Positions 58,453-64,000 of a DNA stretch of 64,000 bases are shown here, in pieces (positions within the stretch are counted from its first letter, which is position 1; each line of letters begins with the position of its first letter). Under the pieces are notes generated by a model. It was not told where the DNA came from and searched no databases. It worked only from the letters and a program-made list of their open reading frames with translations. The DNA comes from an uncultured virus (IMG/VR IMGVR_UViG_3300025411_000009). Taxonomy: Duplodnaviria; Heunggongvirae; Uroviricota; Caudoviricetes. The translations under genes and the position numbers were made by a program. The stretch lies in IMG/VR virus record IMGVR_UViG_3300025411_000009. One strand, 5' to 3'.

Positions 58453-59828
58453 TTGTAATGCTCCAAAAAGTAATTTAAATCTTCTGGAGTACCAATACCC
58501 CACATTTTCTTAATATTTTTAACACGAATCTTTTTGCCATCACCAATAGCTTCATTGAATACAGGACAAACATAAAATTCATTATTAGTGCGAATATTCT
58601 TTTCAATCATCTGTTCTGCATACTTAACATAGTCAGAACCTTTTTTCCAATAATAGATACCAACTGTTGCCATATTAGAAATAGGTTTCTTCTCTGCAAC
58701 TTCAGATACAAAACCATCTTCACCTAACTTAGCATAAGACCATTTAGGATGAGTGGCTTCAAAAGTAATAATGCCTCCATCGATAGAATCAGCAGTAAAG
58801 GCATATAAACATTCATTTGAATTCCATTCAACAAACTGGTCAGAGTTTGCCATCAATAGAGGTTCGTCACTATTAATTAATTCTTTAGCTAGTAACGTGG
58901 TACATGCAGCGCCTTCGGTCAAACCATCAACTTGTATAATATCACAACCGGGCGCAATCAAATTTAAAACTGATTGTAAATTATATTTCTCGTAATGTTC
59001 TTTTTGGCAAATAAAAATAAAATGTGCATCTACATTTAGATTATCCACTACAACTTGAATCATTGGTTTACCTTTGACTTCAATCAATGGTTTAGGGAAA
59101 GTATAACCTGCTGAAGCAAATCTACTACCGGCACCTGCCATAGGAATCAATACATTCATCTTCTTATTTCTCCAAGGTATGGATTTTATACGACCACTAT
59201 CTTCAAATTCTTCAATATAGCTTAAAAAATCTTCCACATTCAAATCATAAGCATCTTTTACTGGATACAAATGTGCACCAGAGTTAAATGCGCCTTCACG
59301 GCCAATATGTGAATCTTCCACAATGATAGTATCTTTAGGTAGAGCTTTCATCATTGTCATACATTTCCAATACATTTCAGGAAATGGTTTTGGATTAAAC
59401 ACATCTTCGTTGCTTACATAATAATCAACATAATTTAAAATATCCATACATAATAAAGATGTCTTTACTGTTTCACGAATACTGTTGGACGCTACTGCAA
59501 TCTTCCATCCTTTAGAATTCAGATTATGCATTATTTTAAGAATATCAGGATTCTTTGGTGCTGTATGAATTAAATCAAATGTTTGTTTTTGTTTTTCTTT
59601 CCAAATTTCATCATACCAATCAATATGCAAACCTTTTTCTTGAGTAAGCATCTGTAATTTTTTTGTAGTGTTTAGTCCGTCATATTTTGATAAATGTTCT
59701 TCACGGGTAATAATATAGTTGTATGAATCGGTTACTGTATGTATAGCACGATTGAGAGCTTCATAATGTAGCTCTCTACTGTCCATTAAAACACCATCAA
59801 GGTCAAATATAACTAACTTTACTGCCAT
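58449..59828 (-). CDS. HAD phosphatase fused to sugar nucleotidyltransferase
   Basis: FDLDGVL, KPFPE, VEDS; then IPMAGAGSRF...PKPLI...GIGTPEDL. Confidence 0.88.
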   Translation of the reverse strand: MAVKLVIFDLDGVLMDSRELHYEALNRAIHTVTDSYNYIITREEHLSKYDGLNTTKKLQMLTQEKGLHIDWYDEIWKEKQKQTFDLIHTAPKNPDILKIMHNLNSKGWKIAVASNSIRETVKTSLLCMDILNYVDYYVSNEDVFNPKPFPEMYWKCMTMMKALPKDTIIVEDSHIGREGAFNSGAHLYPVKDAYDLNVEDFLSYIEEFEDSGRIKSIPWRNKKMNVLIPMAGAGSRFASAGYTFPKPLIEVKGKPMIQVVVDNLNVDAHFIFICQKEHYEKYNLQSVLNLIAPGCDIIQVDGLTEGAACTTLLAKELINSDEPLLMANSDQFVEWNSNECLYAFTADSIDGGIITFEATHPKWSYAKLGEDGFVSEVAEKKPISNMATVGIYYWKKGSDYVKYAEQMIEKNIRTNNEFYVCPVFNEAIGDGKKIRVKNIKKMWGIGTPEDLNYFLEHYK

Positions 59829-60529
59829 GTTGTTCCTTCTAAATCTAGCCAATACTTAACTATTTTACCTTTGCCTTCTAAAAGATAGAATGGTAAACAA
59901 TGCATTAAACCCCGACCAGAATTATAGTATAACAGATTTGCTGGTGCTCTGTCAAGCGACCAAGCAAAATGGCTAGTACCTGTGTCACCACCAATGAATG
60001 TTTCGGCAGTCATAATGTGGTATAAATTTTGGTCAAAATTGGTAGAGTATCTCCAGCCTTCAAACTCACAGGCTTTGGCAAAATGGTCATGCACACAAAT
60101 TACCTTTTCATAATCCTTATATTCATTCGTTGAATACTTTGCAATAATTTCCTCAAAGACGTGGCGAGGCCAATTACGATATACATTATATGGAGCATCA
60201 AAGATTGGACAAACTACAATCTTCTTTTGCATAGGTTCATTATTTGGTATAATAACATTGTCACCAATGATATCACGGAAATCCCAAAGATTGACTCTTC
60301 GCCACGCTAATTCTTTATCACCAGGTTCAGTAGAAAAATAATCTGTATTCTTTAACATAAACTGGTAAAACTTCTGCACATAATCGGCAGAATTAACTGA
60401 GCCTTGTTTCATATGAAACTTAATTTCTGGTGTTTGTTTTCTTAAATGTGCTATAACATTTGCAACACCAATTAAATCACCATTACGAAGTGGACCACCA
60501 AACACTCCTTCAATAATATTGATAATCAC
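59819..60529 (-). CDS. GT9-like glycosyltransferase
   Basis: GD near N-terminus; FIGGDTGTSHFA. Confidence 0.6.
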   Translation of the reverse strand: MIINIIEGVFGGPLRNGDLIGVANVIAHLRKQTPEIKFHMKQGSVNSADYVQKFYQFMLKNTDYFSTEPGDKELAWRRVNLWDFRDIIGDNVIIPNNEPMQKKIVVCPIFDAPYNVYRNWPRHVFEEIIAKYSTNEYKDYEKVICVHDHFAKACEFEGWRYSTNFDQNLYHIMTAETFIGGDTGTSHFAWSLDRAPANLLYYNSGRGLMHCLPFYLLEGKGKIVKYWLDLEGTTWQ

Positions 60530-61269
60530 AATAAACTTTCTAATTCATTATTATGCACTAGTTTAGATTTACGGTCCAAATAGAAATGTTTTTTAAATAC
60601 TTGATTAATATCTTTACCATTATCCCAATAACAATTATCACCTTTTCTGAATTCAGGATTCCAATCTTCTGCTTTCCATACAACATAAGAGGAAACATTT
60701 AATAAGTCTGCAAGAACGGCCACACCAGTAAAATTAGTAATGAAAGGTTTCTTTAGATTTTTAATGATGTATGCGTTAGTCAATAATGAATTTTCATACG
60801 ATAAGAATTTAAAATCTTTTAAATGAGATAGAACAGCAGTTGCTCTTCTATCATCTGTGCCTGGTGCATCCCATCGGTCACCACAGTAATAAGCATCTTC
60901 AATTTCAATATCTAATTCAGGTACTTTAATTTCTACATCATCATCAACTTCAAATTCTAAATTAGGATAGTTATCTCTCAACCAGTTTTCATAACGACAA
61001 GTTTCAATTGGTCGATTTGGATTACTTTGTTCTTCTCTAGTCCAAGAACTGAGGTTAATGATACTGCCATACACAAAAACATCACTATCAAACTCAACTG
61101 AAGAAAAGATATCTTGATAATTCAAAAACTCTTTGATACCTTTAAATTTATTCAAATCTCTTTTAACAATGAGGTCAAATTTTCCATATTGTTTATAAAG
61201 ACCAGACAAAACAGGAAAGCCATTTAAAAAATCACCTAAGTTGGCAGTTGAGCTAAGATATACTTGCAT
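60526..61269 (-). CDS. GT9-like glycosyltransferase
   Basis: NLGDFL...FITNFTGVAVLA. Confidence 0.55.
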   Translation of the reverse strand: MQVYLSSTANLGDFLNGFPVLSGLYKQYGKFDLIVKRDLNKFKGIKEFLNYQDIFSSVEFDSDVFVYGSIINLSSWTREEQSNPNRPIETCRYENWLRDNYPNLEFEVDDDVEIKVPELDIEIEDAYYCGDRWDAPGTDDRRATAVLSHLKDFKFLSYENSLLTNAYIIKNLKKPFITNFTGVAVLADLLNVSSYVVWKAEDWNPEFRKGDNCYWDNGKDINQVFKKHFYLDRKSKLVHNNELESLL

Positions 61270-61271
61270 GA

Positions 61272-61895
61272 TTATCTCTTTTTTGCAATAATAGTTAAAA
61301 TGTTTGGAAGGTATGAAACCGGTTTACGAATTTCATCCTCATGATTACAGATATACATTGGTATGAATCCTGCTTTGTCTATCAATGTAATTAATCCATG
61401 AGAATCAAAATGATGGAAGTGTTCATTTTCTTTACGGTGTTTCCATGTTCTAAACCATTCAGCACCCATTCTTTCGTGCATCCATGGTAATGATATCATA
61501 ACATATTTTGTGTTAATTGAACCGAGAAACTCATGGATATTTGGAGAAGGAATATGTTCAATAGAATCAAAGAATGTAATGACATCAACTTCAACATCTT
61601 TGACATTAGCCACAAACTCCACATCATTTGGGAGAGGATAGTTTGATATATCATGTCCAAAACATTTCTTACCATTCATGTGAGCATACTTCAGAAATGC
61701 TCCATCACCATAACCAAAGTCACATATAGAATCAAACTTAACATATTTTGAAAGTAAATCAAAACGTAATTTGGACATACTAAAGTCCATTTTAGTATAA
61801 TACTGCATATAGTTAGTATCATACTTCATAATTTCACCGGTAGGTTTACTTTGAAACCAATGTCCAGGTTCTATCAATTCATAATTATCAATCAT
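61272..61895 (-). CDS. Class I SAM-dependent methyltransferase
   Basis: ICDFGYGDG, DVITFFDSIEHI. Confidence 0.8.
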   Translation of the reverse strand: MIDNYELIEPGHWFQSKPTGEIMKYDTNYMQYYTKMDFSMSKLRFDLLSKYVKFDSICDFGYGDGAFLKYAHMNGKKCFGHDISNYPLPNDVEFVANVKDVEVDVITFFDSIEHIPSPNIHEFLGSINTKYVMISLPWMHERMGAEWFRTWKHRKENEHFHHFDSHGLITLIDKAGFIPMYICNHEDEIRKPVSYLPNILTIIAKKR

Positions 61896-61896
61896 A

Positions 61897-62712
61897 TTAA
61901 ACTTTATTATTAAATTTATTAAACAATACAAATGGATCGTGACCAAGCTGATGGTCAGGAATCTGATGCAATTCAAATACCTTAGGTTCATTTATATATG
62001 ACTGTAGCCATAGACCTTGGTCATCATCAACTAAACCTTTTTCTTGTAAATCAACAAAAGATTGTGTCATTAGGTCGGACATTTTTTGCCACATATCTTT
62101 ATGAGCCACCACTTTTGCACCCAAGATATAAACATCATTATTAAGAACAGCGTGGTCTATTGGTTTATCATCATATGGTTTGTAATTGAATAGGTGAATT
62201 TTTGTTTCATCAAAATCATATTCCCATATTTTACTAGCAGGAATATTATTTTCACTACGGCAATAACCAAAATCAATCCATGCAACCATATCATTTTGTG
62301 TATAATTATATTTGACAGCCATATTTGCAAAGTATGCTTTCAGATTAGTCACAAGAACATAATCAGGATTCCAATATTCTGGATTTCTTACTTGTTGAGG
62401 ATTAACTTTCTTTTGGAATTCAGGATCTTTTTGAACATTAATGATTAAATCTCTCATATTAGAAAAATGACTATTCACATCAATTGGAATAATTTTTGTT
62501 GTGTCTAAACGGTCTTTACATATATCAATTACCTTATGTTTTAAATCATCTGACGTGAAAACAGTAATGTCATTTTCCAATTTGCATAGATTACTAAATC
62601 TTTCTAGATAAGTATCAGTTGTTCTATGCAAATAATGCGGTAGTCCTTTATCTGGTGTCCATTCACCACGACCAATATCAAAGAAAGCCGTTACTATTGA
62701 AATTTTACTCAT
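61897..62712 (-). CDS. HtrL/YibB (WlaTC) family protein
   Basis: IVTAFFDIGRG, PEYWNPDY, AWIDFGY, VDDDQ. Confidence 0.8.
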   Translation of the reverse strand: MSKISIVTAFFDIGRGEWTPDKGLPHYLHRTTDTYLERFSNLCKLENDITVFTSDDLKHKVIDICKDRLDTTKIIPIDVNSHFSNMRDLIINVQKDPEFQKKVNPQQVRNPEYWNPDYVLVTNLKAYFANMAVKYNYTQNDMVAWIDFGYCRSENNIPASKIWEYDFDETKIHLFNYKPYDDKPIDHAVLNNDVYILGAKVVAHKDMWQKMSDLMTQSFVDLQEKGLVDDDQGLWLQSYINEPKVFELHQIPDHQLGHDPFVLFNKFNNKV

Positions 62713-63554
62713 TATGCAGTCCTGTAAACAAACATCTGTGATTCATCATCTTGTCCATATGTTACACGAACAAACTCTTTCCATTGTGGAACTCTATCAT
62801 ATTGATGAACAATAGCAAATGGTTTATCTTTGTAATACACGATACCATCTTTTACTGTTGGTTCATCACATAATAAATTTGGTCTAAATCTGTTAATCTT
62901 TGAAGGGTCAGCAACTGTGCCGGCTTCACAAGCCCAATCGACTGTCTTAAAAACTATATCTTTAAATGGTTGTGTATTGATTAACACATTGAATACTGCT
63001 TGGTCGACAATTGGAATAGGTCTATTAACTCCGTTGGTGAAAATATGAAACACCATATCTTTTACATATTCTGCTTGACCACCAAATGTTCCAACATTAA
63101 AGATTTCTTTATCTTTGAATAATTCATAAACATATGGACCGTATGCTTGTTTGAGATTTTCATCACCCCAAGATTCATCTTCATATTTTAATCCTTCTGA
63201 AGCAATAACAAGTTTATGGTTTCCACTTTCAATAAAATCAATTGGGTTTGTTTGAAAGTAAACATCTTTGACATCTGTTGTTACGACATATCTATAATTC
63301 GTCCATGTTGCTTGTAGATAATCATAGATGGCTAAAAATCTTGCTACATGAATAGGAACATTATCTAAATCCGGCATAGGGATTAATATAAAGTTTCTTT
63401 TTTCTAATTCTATTATTGTATTATTATCAGTTTTACCAACAACTAAAATTTTATCGCCTGTAAAACCACACTTATCAATTGATTCACACCAAGGTTTTAA
63501 TTGATTGTAGTTATAGTTTGTAAATGCACCAATGATTAAATCTTTTTGCGCCAT
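62712..63554 (-). CDS. GT-A glycosyltransferase-like protein
   Basis: TDVKDVYFQ, NVGTFGG, DQAVFN, VHQYDR. Confidence 0.7.
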   Translation of the reverse strand: MAQKDLIIGAFTNYNYNQLKPWCESIDKCGFTGDKILVVGKTDNNTIIELEKRNFILIPMPDLDNVPIHVARFLAIYDYLQATWTNYRYVVTTDVKDVYFQTNPIDFIESGNHKLVIASEGLKYEDESWGDENLKQAYGPYVYELFKDKEIFNVGTFGGQAEYVKDMVFHIFTNGVNRPIPIVDQAVFNVLINTQPFKDIVFKTVDWACEAGTVADPSKINRFRPNLLCDEPTVKDGIVYYKDKPFAIVHQYDRVPQWKEFVRVTYGQDDESQMFVYRTA

Positions 63555-64000
63555 GGGAAATCTCCATTATATTTGTTTGTCATAATATTATTACCGTATT
63601 CAAAGAATTCTTTCTTTACTGAACCTGCATTACCATCAACTTGATATTTTACTGTATACTCACCTGTGCAATCAAATTTAGGAAAGTGTTGTGCCATAGC
63701 TTGAAAGAATATTCTATCTTGACCCCAACCGCCATGCCATGCTGATGCTATTTTTGTTGCTACACTTGTTTTGATACAATAACAATTAGTATCTATGTGA
63801 TTATAATCTCCACTAAAAACAGGCCATTTACCTAGTGATTCACAATCATCTCGACATGAATAATTTCCATCTTTGTCATAGATTTCTCGTAATGAGTATG
63901 ACCAGTCTAGGTCTTTTTCTTTAATAGTATCGATACAAGATTTAACGTGATTAGGTTTTAATGATACATCTTGGTCAAGATATAATACATATTCTGTATC
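63536..64000 (-). CDS. GT2 glycosyltransferase, C-terminal part (runs off window edge)
   Basis: Manual translation DTEYVLYLDQD...IDTNCY...GGWGQDR...FPWRKKI. Confidence 0.75.
   Translation of the reverse strand, partial: DTEYVLYLDQDVSLKPNHVKSCIDTIKEKDLDWSYSLREIYDKDGNYSCRDDCESLGKWPVFSGDYNHIDTNCYCIKTSVATKIASAWHGGWGQDRIFFQAMAQHFPKFDCTGEYTVKYQVDGNAGSVKKEFFEYGNNIMTNKYNGDFPWRKKI

Noticed and set aside
1074..62448. Many short antisense or out-of-frame ORFs in the track (e.g. 6766-7128, 8492-8917, 9337-9738, 26888-27082, 47222-47557)
   Set aside because: Mostly shadows of real genes; no RBS or recognisable motifs
1..64000. Stop-codon reassignment, tRNA genes, introns or inteins
   Set aside because: Core genes are intact and of normal length in the standard code; no cloverleaf noticed; nrdA and nrdB are uninterrupted

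Overview
This is a 64 kb AT-rich fragment of a T4-like (T4 supergroup) myovirus genome in the standard genetic code; I saw no tRNA, rRNA or CRISPR array. From left to right: a baseplate/tail module (gp5, hub, gp53, gp48, gp4, gp2, gp54-like, gp26, gp51, two paralogous tape-measure-like proteins); replication and late-transcription genes (gp32, gp59, gp33); accessory genes (SleB, exonuclease, DenV-like, PurD-like ATP-grasp, CobS-like AAA); and a GC-richer early region at about 25.6-30.9 kb with 14 near-identical sigma70-like promoters diverging at about 28.23 kb. After that come GroES, CobT-like VWA, RNase H, nrdAB, primase, a lysis cassette, a cluster of probable capsid-packaged internal proteins and a glycan-modification cluster. 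Features ordinary annotation does not explain: (1) a polarised TGAGGTA motif array centred on a structured non-coding tract at about 26.8-27.0 kb and extending into neighbouring codons; (2) two promoter classes, with 16-bp spacers in the early region and 17-bp spacers elsewhere, plus ORF-less and antisense cassettes; (3) three compact H-type pseudoknots and larger structured RNA candidates; (4) a likely -1 frameshift fusing gp26 to gp51; (5) T4-type capsid-targeting leaders on a ligase-like protein and a nucleotidyltransferase-kinase fusion. All product calls come from recognising motifs by eye, not from database searches.
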